A stretch of 64,000 nt of DNA from Paramecium tetraurelia. Its lineage: Eukaryota. Shown piece after piece: positions 1 to 14,312 of this stretch (the stretch's first letter is position 1; each line of letters starts with the position of its first letter). The notes under the pieces are model-generated. The model was given only the letters and a program-made list of their open reading frames with translations, ran no database searches and was not told the origin of the DNA. The stretch is from contig CT868396.1 in assembly GCA_000165425.1 (NCBI GenBank), positions 332,826-396,825 on the forward strand, written 5' to 3'. Made by a program: the position numbers and the translations under genes.

Positions 1-105
1 TAATTGGTTCCGGTGTTTAAAACATAGATTCGGTGATGATTAACTTAAGTGATTAGTATTATAATTGCATCTGATTATGTTGATTTAAATTTTAAATTAT
101 AATAT

Positions 106-1211
<1,106 letters not shown>

Positions 1212-1283
1212 ACCATCATTTATTATAATAATTAAATTTAGGCATTTCATCACAATATATTTTTAATGATAAATAATAAGCAA

Positions 1284-2163
1284 ATGTCATAGATTGATCT
1301 TGCAGCTATAGAAAAAGTATTCGCTCTACTCTTGCTAAGTTGTGTCACCTATATATGGTTTACATTGGTCTCGCTTCAGTTTACAATCATATTGGCTCTG
1401 ACACTTTGTTCCCTTGCTGTTCTGTTGAAGATCAAGTGGACCAGAATTAAGAGAAAGGGATTCCTAAACAATGTCTCTCACAAACTTAGAAAGATCTTAT
1501 TGGAGAGATCCTTATTTGATATTTTGTGCGATATATGGTATTTCGAAACAATTAAGAGACATGTAAGAGTATTTTTAAGTCCATTTCTAATTAAAAAAAC
1601 CCCAGAAGAAATAATCGAATCCTTTGAAGATATCAATCCTTAATTGAAAGAGGCAATCCTTAGAAAAGGAACTATTAACTTATTCCCAGAACCAATTAAA
1701 AAGGAGTTAGTGCAAAATTACTTCTAAGAAGATGAACTACAGATTAATTAGGACAAACAATTGCATTAATAAATCATCCAACAGCCAGTCAAAGTGGAAC
1801 ATTGGGATAGATATGCCGATTATGAACAATACACATAGAGAAATAGAAAAAACAACTCTTAAACCTTGTTGCATGTCATCTCATTGTTAATGCATAAACC
1901 TATCGTACATAAGGAGAATCATAAAGTGAATCTGAGAAAGTAACTTATGGATTTTTCAACTATTTTTTAGTTTGTCCAGCAAAACCCAATCCTTATTGGT
2001 TGGATCTGTCATATGCATCCTTGTCCAGATGTACTTTTCCAAATCCTCAAGGCAAATCTATCAAAAGGCATTCACCATCTTGTCGTCTATGTCTTTGTTG
2101 GCAATGGCTTCCACTGCCCTTGGAGTGATGGCTTTAAGTAATAAAAAATAAAAAACATTGTGA
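1284..2163 (+). CDS. hypothetical membrane protein (N- and C-terminal hydrophobic segments), one intron near 1940-1970
   Basis: Open frame in code 6 from ATG 1284 to TGA 2161-2163, with TM-like stretches at both ends. Confidence 0.7.
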
Positions 2164-2215
2164 TTTTTATCCAATATTATATATAACAAATAATATAAAT
2201 TTAATATAATTATAC

Positions 2216-3958
2216 ATGAAAGAAAATCTTAAAACTGAGATGAGTGACACTACTCTAAGAAGGGATGCCACTTTTTCACTAAATTACATCTGTAGCTCCC
2301 AAATCTTTTTCGACAACAGAAGGCCTTCAACCAAGAAATCTCTTTATCTAAGAACCTCTCAAAATCAAGTCAGACTACCTCATTTTTAAACTCAGATCAT
2401 CCAAAGGAACACTCAATTTATCAAGGCTGAGAAGAATAATACAATTATATCCGGGAAGACCTACATTACCAAAGCAATGGAGCATTAATATTTGAGGATT
2501 TCTTGCGAGAATTTAATAGCACCTTTTGGCTGTCAAGTATACTGCACTTGTGAATTTTAATTGATGATCTCGCAAGTTCATCCCTTCCCCACCAATTACA
2601 ATTGCGAGCAAGTAATCAATAATAGAGGATTTGTTGTTTCAGTGATCACAGGTGAATTTATTTATTTATCAATCATTACTCGGAAAGATTCAGAACTTTA
2701 ATTCAACCTCCAAATTAATCAGCCACTTGAAGAATGTCAAAGAATCAAAACTCTCCAAGACACTCCATCAACTGACTTCTAATAAATGGTTAAATTCTCT
2801 CATTCCAAATCTTTTTAATGTATTATCAATTCCAATAAGGAATAGGCAGGAATCAAAAAAAACAGATACTAAGATGAGATATCAAGATAAGACCGATTCC
2901 TCAAAGTGTTATCAACAAGGAACTTTTAAAGACAATCCAAAACACAAGCTAAAATATAGAAGCAATACCAAATCAAAGCCAAGAAACTAGCTAATCAAGA
3001 AAAAATCATAACCAAAATTATCAACGACAAGAAAAGTCAAAAAGGAATATTTGAATAATAATGGGCCATCATTATCTATTTCATTAAAATGAGTTCCAGA
3101 ATTTTTGATGCATTTTGGCACAAAAAGTAAATCTTGAAGAAGAATAGACTAGTTGCATTTAGAATTAAATCACTCTTCAGGTAAATGAAAAAGAAAATCA
3201 TATGTCCAAAAGGAGAATTCCTAGAAACACGAGTTTTGGTTGATTGCTTTATCTCCATCAAGGCTAAAACTAAAATAATCAGAAGATCAATACGAACTAA
3301 ATAAATTTAAGTATTATTACCTATTCTACAGCAAAGAGCAATAATATACTGTATTAAAATGAAAATGTTAAAGTTAGGAAATAAACTCAATATTATCAAG
3401 AAACACATCTTACAATTTGAAGAGAACTACACAAAATACAAAAATGATATGATTGTAAAATGGGACAATTTGAATGAGAAGATTAAGGACGAGGAAATAA
3501 AATGGAAGTAGGCTACTTTGAGAAAGAAGGGATTGGTTACTTGGTTTTAGGTGTTGAAAGATAAGGAATTTGCTTAATAGATGAGGAAGTGCTTTATTTT
3601 TGAATTGATGAGGGATAGAATTAGGTAGCATCTGCAAGATCAGCAATTAATCAAGAAGTATAAGATGGATCTTAAGTATTACAAATAGAAATTGAGGGTT
3701 TGTAGAGATTTTGTGGAAGCTAATACATTTAGAGGTGAGATATCTAGATTAACTAATGACATATATGCGATGCATATGAAGAACTAATTATTTATGCATG
3801 TCGATGTCGAGAAGTATTTTCACTCGTTAGTGAGTAAATATATCATTCTGGTTGATGAGCCTGACAATTTGCCTGCTGAATTGTAAAGTTAATAGAAACA
3901 AAAGCAGAGACAATCTAGACTCACAATGAGGAGAATAACAAAAAAATCTAAATTCTGA
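2216..3958 (+). CDS. hypothetical coiled-coil protein (~580 aa)
   Basis: ATG 2216 and TGA 3956-3958 are in frame; E/K/Q-rich helical composition. Confidence 0.65.
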
Positions 3959-4035
3959 TCAATAATTTCTTGTTTTTAATATTTTTTCTAAGAATTACAA
4001 TATTAATTTAACACGTACTAAATCGTATACATATA

Positions 4036-4589
4036 TCATTATTATTGATCTTCTCTTTTTTTGCTTGCAAATGTTTTTTGCCTTTGCAAATCCTTCTTCT
4101 TCAATTTCTATAGTTAGTGTCTTTTTTAGCGTCTTTCTTTGTTTCTCAATTTTTTGGCTTTTAATCTCTACTAAGTTTTCGATTTCGCATTGGGTTGTGT
4201 GGGCAATAAAACAGGTTTTTTCTAGAATAGTAAGGAACTTACTTTAATTTATTTCTACTGATCATGACAATATAAGCGATAGATGTTTGATAATGAATCG
4301 GCAAATTTATTGATTTATTATTTATTTGAAGATGTAGAAATTGTTAGTTTTTGAGTCTACGATCTAATGATGATTTCATTCACATCGTTAGCTTATTTGA
4401 TTTCGCCCAACAATTGTTACTTCTATTTTCTTCTTAATCTCTTGCGAAGTTGTGGATATTGCTCTTTCAAATCTAACAAAAATGATAAGTAACATGTATA
4501 CTTCTCTTGATAGTTAATTTGATGATTTTCTCACCATTAAACAATTTAGACATCTAACTTAAGAAACTATCTGGTTTCTTCTTTCCCAT
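4036..4589 (-). CDS. SRP14: SRP14-like signal recognition particle Alu-domain subunit with basic C-terminal tail
   Basis: MGKKKPDSFLSQMSKLF..IIKLTIKR..IIIRSQTQKLTISTSSNKQQINKFADSLSNIYR parallels SRP14 (FLTELTRLF..VYITLKK..LLRATDGKKKISTVV..VNKFQMAYSNLLR); K/R-rich tail; two tiny introns. Confidence 0.7.
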
Positions 4590-4641
4590 ATTTATATTTT
4601 ATAATTAAAATTATTAAACTGTATGTAATGTTCTAAATTAT

Positions 4642-6859
4642 TCAAATACCTGCTAGGTTTCCTTCCATAATCAATTTTCTAGCCAAATCGAACACTTTCT
4701 CTGGATCTACATTAACTTTGGCAACTCCTGTCTTCATGGCAGCAATAGCCACAGCTCTTGCCACATTAGCAGGAATCTCTGCTGTCAAGGCTCCAGGCAA
4801 AATCTTGGTTGTGCTAAGTTCGGAATCTTTGATACTGTTGGCAATAGCATAAGCAGCAGCAATCTTTTGTATTATATTCATAGTACCTTCATTTCTAGAT
4901 TAATTTCTTTGGCTCTAGTGTCAATGGCACCTCTGAAAATACCTGGGAAAGCCAAAGAATTATTGACTTAATTGTTGAAATCGGATCTTCCAGTAGCAAC
5001 GATAAATGCACCAGCTTCAATGGCTTCGTCTGGCATTATTTCAGGCACTGGATTGGCTAAGGCTAGGATGAATGGATCCTTATTCATTGCTCTGACCATA
5101 TCCTGAGTTAATGCACCCTATGAATGTTGAATATATAATATTTACAGCACTGGACACTCCAACAAAGAGATCTCTTCCTTTGACTGCATCTGCAAGAGTG
5201 CCTTAGATTTTACCCTTATTTGTGAACTTGGCTAAATCATTTTTAAAATTGTTCATATTTTAAGGTCTACCTTCATAAATGATTCCTGAAGTATCACACA
5301 TCACAATATCTTCAATTCCATGTCCATACAACAATTTACCGATTGCAACACCAGCAGCCCTTTAAATAAATACATTAATTATATACCCTGCTCCATTTAT
5401 AACTAATTTTAGATCCTTCACATTCTTTTTGGTTAATTTTAGATAGTTGATGACTGCTGCCAAACTAACTACGGCTGTTCCATGTTGATCGTCATGCATT
5501 AATGGAATGTGTAAACTCTGAACTGCCTCTTCTTCTATGGGGAAACAATCAGGGGCTCTCAAGTCTTCTAGATTAATTGCTGAAAATATAGGAGCAATGC
5601 TGAGATAGATTTGATAGGACATACCATTTAATGATTCTGACCAATTTATGAGGATCCTTCTCTTTAAGACAGATTGGCATAAGATCTATGCCTCCCAAAG
5701 CATTGAATAAGACGGACTTGCCTTCCATAACTGGTAGTCCTGCAGAAGGTCCGATGTTGCCCAAACCAAGAATGGCTGTACCGTTGGTTATGATGGCAGC
5801 GTAGTTCTTTTTGAAGGTGATTTCTCTTAATTTGGATGGATCATCAATGAGGATTTGTCTGAGTTATGCCAACTCATCTTTTTGATAGGAGGTTTCATAA
5901 ATTCTGAACAAATCTTCAAGTGATCTTGGATTAAACTTGAGTTCAATAGTGATCATTCCATGGTATCTTTTGTGCAATTCCAAGGCATTCTAATTGAAAT
6001 CATTATTTTGCAACAGATGATCATTAGACCATTTGTTGTAATAAGCAACTTCTCCATAAATATAAAGATCATTTAATTTATTAATGAAAATTTCTGGGTT
6101 TACGTTTGCAACAGTGTGATGATACAATTTATGATTGTAGATTTCCTGTAATCCCAGAGCATAAGCTTTGTTTAAAGTTGTTGTCAAAAGAGATGGTAGA
6201 TTAGTGAAATCAACTGAAGTGATTGCTTTTTTGATTAACTCACATTGAGAGGGTTTAAGAGTGGATCTTGCATCAAGAGTAGCCTTGACTAAAGCAGCAT
6301 CATAGAGCTACTCCCTCAGATTGTGGGAGTTGGAAATAATCACAGTGCATTCGAGTTTAGCATTTTCCACAGCTGTGAGGATCTGTGAGGCTAACGTATC
6401 TTCGATGTCAATCAAAACTATAGTCTAGGAATAATCTAAAAACAGATACTTTGTATGTGGGTGACAGATTGTCCATCACCAGCACATAATCGGATACATC
6501 TGTCATGATAGTTCTGTCCAAGATAATAGGATAGGCATCTACGTCATAGAATGCTTTGTACAAGGCACTTATGGCTTCTAAATTTGGGATCATTTTGGAT
6601 GACCGGGGGAGATTGAATTCTATAGAGTATTGCGGAGATGCATACTTGATCCGTCAGCAAGGAGTGCAATCGAATTACCAGCTATCGTCTATTCGTACAG
6701 TTAATCTGGGTCTTTTTGGATCACCTTGCAAATATGGCCAACTCCAGGAGTATAAACAAGGGACAGGGTGTAATTGTCAGTAACCCTCACTTTTGGCTTT
6801 ATTTTGATCAGTCCATTGGTTCTCAGGAACAGGTTTTTTAAACTTTGATGGGGCTGCAT
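4642..6859 (-). CDS. bacterial-type (small) NAD(P)-dependent malic enzyme with a duplicated, degenerate N-terminal malic-enzyme module
   Basis: C-terminal copy has [47 protein letters not shown] and [14 protein letters not shown]-terminal copy has [20 protein letters not shown] and [11 protein letters not shown]. Several tiny introns. Confidence 0.92.
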
Positions 6860-6925
6860 ATAAATTTTATTAATATGATATTTCCAATTTTTCCCTTTAT
6901 CATTTTATATATATATACAATATAA

Positions 6926-8467
6926 ATGTTGTAATCATTTGCTAGCAATGTCAGCTGTCCGAATCACAACCAACCAATCAGTTATATTGACACCAAGAAG
7001 GACACACCTATCAATAACAGGGCCAAGTGTTTGAATTGCACACCTTTGAATGATGCTGTTCCATTGAAAACTGCTCTGGAGAAATTCAAGAAATTGAAAG
7101 AAGACGAAAAATAATAGATTAGAAATTATAGAAAAAACAAGGTCTACGATTTCTTGGAATTCAAGAAGGTCATTCATCAACTTTCTGAATCCATTTCGCA
7201 ATCTCTCAATGAAATTAGTAAATAAATCAATGAAAGAATCGAAAAGATTGTCGGAGTCATTCAATAAGCCTAATCAGTGCAATGGCAATTCGATATTAAC
7301 GAGTATTTGACCATAAGTGGATTGCAAAACGTAGGATTACAATTAAGTTAGTAAGGAAATGAGTTTTCACTAATTAAAGCTGGTTACTCTGTGGTTCAAA
7401 TGAAGAAGGAACAACAATTGTAAACCACTCTTTCCAATTATCAAAACAACATCAAGTCTATCCAAAGCAATATGGAAATACTCAAAGAATCACTAACCAC
7501 CAATCTTATTATTAATGAAGAAATCGTAGGGAAGGCTGTCTAGAAGGAAAAATGTTTAGCCACAGCCTTCAACAAAGACAATTCCATAATGATAAGCACA
7601 TCAGAAGAACTCATTAAGGTCTGGACTTTCGACAATGGCAAATTGGAATTGTTTCAAACATTGAAAGGACATGACAAAGAAGTCACCTGTCTCTATTTCA
7701 GTCGTAAGAATAATTGGTTCATCTCTGGAAGTCGAGACAAGACTCTAAGAATATGGAAGGAGTTTAGTAATAGTGAATGGGGCTGTATATAGATTTTAGA
7801 AGGCAATAGTTTTTGCATTAATTGTGTTATTATAAACTAATATGAAGATCAAATCCTATCCAGTAGAGATGATAACAAAATCAAGGTATGGATGCAAGAA
7901 TCCTTACTGACTTCATAATAACCACAATGGAAATGCTATTAAACTCTACAGGATCATAAGAAAGATGTTTATTCATTGAGTTTAAACTCAGCTGGCACCA
8001 TGTTGGTTTCTGGCTCTTATGATAAAACCATAATCATCTATGAGTTCGATGATTAGTAATAATGGAGATTAAAGCAAGTGATATAAAATGATTATGAAAA
8101 TTGGGTGCATTCGGTTTGTGTCATCAATGATAAGTTGATTGCCACCAAGTTATATAATGGAGTGGTTATTCTTTATCAATATATGGAGTCGGTTGAATCA
8201 TTCGAATAGATTCAAGAACTGGAACTCAGTAAGTCGAAGATGAGTTACTTCGATTTCTTCCACATGTTCTACAATCAGTAATTGTAATCCATCTTCTGTC
8301 GTCATCTAGATTGCATTTACATTTTATTCCAATAAACTACAGGGAGATATGGAGTCCAATAGAAAATCGCAGACAATTATAGAGGTGGCAGCTTGACTGA
8401 CAATGGAGAATACATTGCCTTGTGGAATAATAATACTAAATAATTAGAAATAAGATAACAGGAGTGA
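6926..8467 (+). CDS. WD40-repeat protein with N-terminal Cys/His motif and coiled coil (intronless, 513 aa)
   Basis: Repeats LKGHDKEVTCLYFS..FISGSRDKTLRIW and DHKKDVYSLSL..LVSGSYDKTIIIY; N-terminal CPNH..CLNC. Confidence 0.85.
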
Positions 8468-8519
8468 ATTGAAATATATTTTAAATAAAATAGAATGAGA
8501 TAAAAATAGTAGTTTAAAA

Positions 8520-9492
8520 TCAATCTTCAAATTTTAACTTGGCTTCGTTTAGGACAATCTGATCAAATACATCGATTAACTTCTATGCCAAACGATATCC
8601 TCCAATAGCTAAATTCTCTTCACAGAATTATTGTGCTTATTACGTATAGTCCTTGTTGTAGTTATTTGATGAAGCAATCATTGGATACACAAATTAAACA
8701 GCTTATCTGTACCCCACATAAGTCCAAACAGTTGGATTACTATTCAAATATTAATGCATAAAATACGTCATATCGATATTATTGTATTTCGTAATTTAAT
8801 ACTTCGAAATTACTTCTAATGACCACTTATTTAAATATTCTGAATCGCTTTAACTCAAAGGTCTGACCAAAAAAGAGTTATTGGGACTAAAGGCAAATGC
8901 ACCTGCATCCCAAAAGGAATGTAAATTGACTAGAGTTCCATTCTCCAACTAAACTTATCTATTTCAATTTTACCTAAACTTTCATGAAGTTTCCACCTTA
9001 ATCTCCATTTGGATAACTTGAATTAAAGAAAGTAGTATCATGTAATGGTTGATGCATGTCTCCAATAACATGGAGAAGCACTCTAATCATCTGAGCTTTG
9101 AACATTGTGTGTCTATTCTTAGCTGTTTTGGTGTTAGTGAGTACAGAAACTGCTTGGTTAATTGCATAAATAGAATTTATATTTCTGAGTTGATCATCCA
9201 ATTTTATCAATAGACCATCAGGATTTATGGGTCTATCTGTGTAATGCCAATCATTCATAAATGCTGTTCCCGTTTCCTTTATGTCATCCATCCACACTGC
9301 AGCCTCTGCAAATGTGTTAGATTTCCCATCTGTGAGTGAATTCAGATCCTAAACCAATGAATCAGCCCATGCCAACACATCTGGACGATTGTCTTTTAAG
9401 TAATTCTTGGCTATCTATGCAGTCATCATATGACCAACATCCCACCAACATTATACTACATAGCTGATAGTTATAAGAAGAAAAGCCTTCAT
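8520..9492 (-). CDS. secreted S1/P1 family nuclease (3'-nucleotidase/nuclease type)
   Basis: Signal peptide MKAFLLITISYVVQC then WWDVGHM; AAVWMDDIK, WHY, LLHVIGDMHQPLH, NLHSFWD and GGYRLA zinc-ligand motifs. Confidence 0.92.
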
Positions 9493-9722
9493 TTTATTTA
9501 TATTATTAAAGTAAACCCTGTAGTTCTAAAGTTAAATACTCCAATTTTATAATTGAAAACTTAGTATAAATGCATGCATTACCACATTATTTGAATTTAG
9601 TTTTTGGCGGCTATTACAAAATAGTATAAAATGCTGAGATACTATGTATTTAATTAATTGGATTATAAAATTATTATAATAAGATTATATATGAAGATAG
9701 TATTATCTACTTGAAATCAATA

Positions 9723-10609
9723 TCATTTTCTTTTGAATTATTAATCTGATTGGTATTTCTTGAAAATTGGTTTAAGTCTATTGTCCTACTATCACATGCA
9801 ATTAATTACCTTCTCCTACATGATGGTAGAGTATTGAAAGTGTCCTTGCAATTATTCGACACCCTGGATTCTCGCATAAGTTATTTCACAGATCTAAATT
9901 AACTCACATTTTACTTTGTCTGAATTGAATAATTTCCATTTTCGTCCCTGGAACTCTAGAAAAAATTTGGGAATGAATTTTGAATCCAAAAAATTAATAA
10001 AGGCATACCCCACATTACATTTATTCTATGATATCTTAAAATTTACTGTAAAATCAATTGGCAGATAAAAAAAATCATAGTTGTCTTTATGATTGATATC
10101 AAAATTCTCCAATAACATAGGCTATGTGTATTTATTTGGAATGTTCCTTATCATTAAGGTAGTTCTCTCATCTCCAGGAATCTATTTAGATTTTATACGA
10201 ATACCGAATCTAATTTAATTTGATATTGAGTTATTTAGGCTTATGGTTCATATCTTCTCTTATTTTTGAACTGAAATTGTTGGAATGAAGTAGGCATAGT
10301 TTTATAAAATATATCTTCTTTATTTTATTCTAAGCCTGATTGATTGAGTTCCTGATTGTGAAAGGAAGTAGATAAAGTCTCAGGCAATGTAGATGTATTT
10401 GAACATATCGTTATTGATCTGTTTTTCATTAGGAATTGATTCTAAACATTTGGATGAAATTGGTCGTCGTGTTACTTTGGATTAAAAACTATGATTACTT
10501 TGAGTTCGTCATCCGAATCTGGTTTTGCAGACTGTTTGCCTTGTGCATTTGGTTTAGGCCGAACAAACAACCTAAAACATGATGGGTTAATTGTAAAAGA
10601 CGGCTGCAT
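9723..10609 (-). CDS. Mei2-like RNA-binding protein (single C-terminal RRM_2 domain)
   Basis: RTTLMIRNIPNKYTQ, YDFFYLPIDF, NKCNVGYAFINF, CEITYARIQG. Confidence 0.9.
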
Positions 10610-10638
10610 TAAATAATATATTTAATATAAAGATTTTA

Positions 10639-11284
10639 ATGAGCAAAGCTTATTTAGCTGTGAAGAATTTCAAGTGGTCTGAGATGGTTAACTTGCTTGC
10701 CTATGGAGAGAAGCATCCTGACACTCTCTCTTAAACTCAAAGAATTACCAGATTATATAGGTTAATCCAAAGTATATTCTTAGAGCGACCATCAGGAGAC
10801 ATTACACTTCCCAATTAGAGAATTTCAAAGGCGATCAGATTAGATTCTATAACGAGATGCAAGTGGCCCAAAAAGATTTTAATAGATTATAGGAATTGAA
10901 TAATAATTATGCAAGTAAACTACATCAGCAAAACTAATTAGATTTAAATCAAGAATAGAAAGTAGAATTTTCTAAATTGGAAAATAAATGGGTCAGTTGG
11001 TTAGAGACTAACTACGATGCGTTTTTATACATCGATGAATGTAGACCATATTCAAGCACTTCAACCAGATATATTGTTTATTCAGATAAACAATTGAGTT
11101 TTGATCCTCTGGGCTTTTATAAATAAAGACCAGTCCATGATGGAAAATTTGATCCACACTTGCCTTATTTCAGAGATTATCCTTACAACGAATCATGGTG
11201 GAACATGAACGAATCATTCCCAGCAGGTAAAAACTCTTCCCTAACCTTATAGATTTTGATGATACACCCTAACAAAAAGAGTGA
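10639..11284 (+). CDS. LYR-motif mitochondrial protein, NDUFB9-like complex I accessory subunit
   Basis: SQTQRITRLYRATIRR (LYR helix, spliced across an intron at 10760-10783), then a helical region and YIDECRPYSSTSTRY resembling the NDUFB9 YIFPDSPGGTSYER segment. Confidence 0.65.
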
Positions 11285-11643
11285 TTTATTAAATTCAAAA
11301 TATCAAAAAACAATATACAAAATATGCTGCAAATATTCCTTTATTCTAATTTTGTTTGTTTTTAATATTAAAATACTCTCTATTTAAATGAAATTTTTAT
11401 CTATTCTTTATATGAATCTATTTGTAACTGGAATTCATTTAAGTCTTAATGGATTATTTATTATAAACAGTATTATCAATTTTGTTATATAAACAATTGA
11501 TTCTAGATTTATTTTACGTCATTATAATTTATAATCAATTGTATTTAGATCTATTTTATTCATGAATTATAAATGAATAAAATTAAAGCTTACAAATGTA
11601 TAGATAGATCTGATGATTTGATTATTATGTAAAATTAATAAAA

Positions 11644-13014
11644 TCAATTGGTCTTCTACTACTTTTACTTTTCATGATCAAATACTGCATCAAATACTTC
11701 TTTCAAACCTTCCAAATTAAAAGAAATATTTAAATATGCAAAAGGAATATTTATATTTATTGTTCCTTAAGCTATGAAATACTCAGCTAAAATTAAAAAT
11801 AACTATGAATATGAAATAAAAATACTCTGTAAATAAAATGCCAATCTGATTTTGGATTTTTAATCTATTACAATTATAAGTCCCCTTTAAGTTCATCAAT
11901 TAATTATCTTGCTGTTGGTTACTCGTCGGCTAAATCTGATAAACCCAATGATGTCAAAAATTAATTGACATCTTCCATATTTTTAAATTATAAATGAAAC
12001 TTTGAACTCTTAAATAGCATAGGCCATAATAATTCTCCTTACATTCCTCTTCCTTTTTTTTGAACTAACTTTCGAGCAGCTTCTTATCCAAAACTAGCTA
12101 TAATAACACCAGCAAGTTTCTTGCCTAAGTCACTATTAAAGGCAGCCTTAAATTCCATTATAAAGCCTTCCAATAAATACTTAATAAATATTTGATCCTT
12201 TTTCATTAATTTTGTGATTCCATTCTTGATTCCAAATAGAAACTCCATAAATACTTCAACGTCTTTACCTAATTTTTCACAATAAGGTAAATATGCTGAT
12301 TCAAATGTCATATCAATCAATGGATGACTCACGTTGATTACTATGGCAACTGAGTCTTTTCTCTCCTAAAATTCAATATTTAATGATGATTCGATTGTTG
12401 GAAGTATAAACTTATCATAATTTTCTCTGAGCTTTTATACATATTCATTCCATAATTATTCCAGTTTTTCTTTGGCTAAGGCTGGTTTGATTGCTCTGAA
12501 AATGAAGACAATTTGTAATGATTTTGATTATGGAACACCGACTTCTTATTAAATATCTTCTTGAACTCCTGAGCCTTTATATTTAAATTTGACATCGAAT
12601 TTAAAATGGGATTAGAAATCTCCATAATTAATTGCCCAATAATGATGATCTAATTTAGGTTCATATTTCTATTCAAGAGAAACTCCAAATCTTGTAAACT
12701 CAGAATTAATGGATTTTAGCATATTCATCAATTTCAATTTCATAAATACAAGTTTTTCTAGTTTTTCATTCTTTCCAAATTGCCACCAATCCCAAAACTC
12801 TTCAAACGAGATTTTACCATCTCCATTAGAATCAACAACTTTCATCAACTAAAAATCGATAATTGAAGTATACTCTATCAACATCAGCTTGGGTAATTTC
12901 CTCATTCATTTACTTGCTAATCTCAATTAATTCGTTTGATTCTACATAACCATTGCCATCCTTATCGAATTTTTTAAAAACTTCGAAAAGTTATGTTTTT
13001 GTTTAATTTATCAT
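11644..13014 (-). CDS. EF-hand pair calcium-binding protein with uncharacterised C-terminal domain
   Basis: FDKDGNGYVESNEL and VDSNGDGKISFEEF loops; open frame to TGA 11644-11646. Confidence 0.88.
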
Positions 13015-13649
13015 TTTTATTTTTTCAATTTTTGTTTAGCAAAATATAATCACGTCACACCATTCAGTAATAGTATATTTATTATATACAAAAATTTATA
13101 TTGGTATATAAAAATAAATTTTAAACATGCAAATTGTATGTCAATTTTTGAAACAATTCAGCTTAAAATGACTTTAACTTGATATATATAATTATAATAA
13201 AATCATTCGTGTAATGTATTACAGTTAAAATGTAAATTTTTAAATTCTTTTTTATACTAAATACGTTTATCCGCAAGTGGTAAAATTTAATAATAACCTT
13301 TGATTGGTAAGGATTGTTATTAATATCGGTCTACAAAGTGAGTTCTTGATTATTATTTGTTGAAATTACTATAAGAATTTCTTGATTATTAGAATATGCG
13401 AAAATTCACACAGGAAATGCAATTTAAAATTCCACGTGCAAATTAGGCTATTTTATAAATTGCTAGATACCTTTTGTATTGCTTCTGTTTGACTTGTGAT
13501 TTAATACGTCATGAAATTTAGGGATTTTAATAGATTTAGCCGCAAGTATAAATTGAATTGAAGAGCGATTAAAAGACATGATGACGATGAAATGAAATTA
13601 AGAGCATGTGGGTATAGTTGATAAATTTAAATAAAGAAAAAAGTGAAAA

Positions 13650-14006
13650 TCAATTTTTTAGATGATCTGATGGCATAGTTCCCTCCAAATATTCAAGTTA
13701 TTATTTTGCATTTTTGATAATGAGTTCAAGGTTCCAAGCCAAACATTTAAGATCTGTTATTTCTTTGTTTTGTCGTCGTTAGTCAGATTATCTGTTAAAT
13801 AAATCTTCCTCTTCCCATCCTACACATTCATAAGAGGATTCATCTGGTGAAATACATGTATATATTTTTTTCTGTTTTTATTTTCTACAAAAGCATCCTT
13901 TCTCCTTCTTTTTTATTTTTTTAGCAATCCCTAATCCATTTGATTGTTTTTAAGTGGAATTTATATCGTCTAATGGCATGTTCTAATCTGGAGCAGCTTG
14001 AGTCAT
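13650..14006 (-). CDS. small hypothetical protein (118 aa)
   Basis: ATG 14006 to TGA 13650-13652 in frame, flanked by AT-rich intergenic DNA. Confidence 0.5.
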
Positions 14007-14312
14007 GTAATAAATATTTATATATAAATTATTAACTCAAAAACGACAATTGGTTCATTTTCTACATTAATTTAGCTATCCGTTTTAAATATCCACTTGT
14101 CCTCTTAGACATAATCTATGATTAGTGTATAATAAAATTGGAATCAAACGGTGATTCCATGTCCTACATCAGAACATTGTTGAAATAGCGATTGATTTAT
14201 AAAAAAGAAAAACTTTTCTGTTATTTTACTATTTGATTAATTTTAAAATTCGCTAATTAAAATCGTTAGCTTTGCAATCCTTAATAATAATTTTATATAA
14301 TAATCAAATAGT

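Noticed and set aside
33..74. Box C (GTGATGA) and box D (CTGA) pair upstream of PP1
   Set aside because: Only about 42 nt, with no terminal stem or evident guide; too short for a C/D snoRNA.
13100..13640. Short plus-strand ORF near 13396-13581
   Set aside because: About 60 codons with no motif or convincing gene structure.
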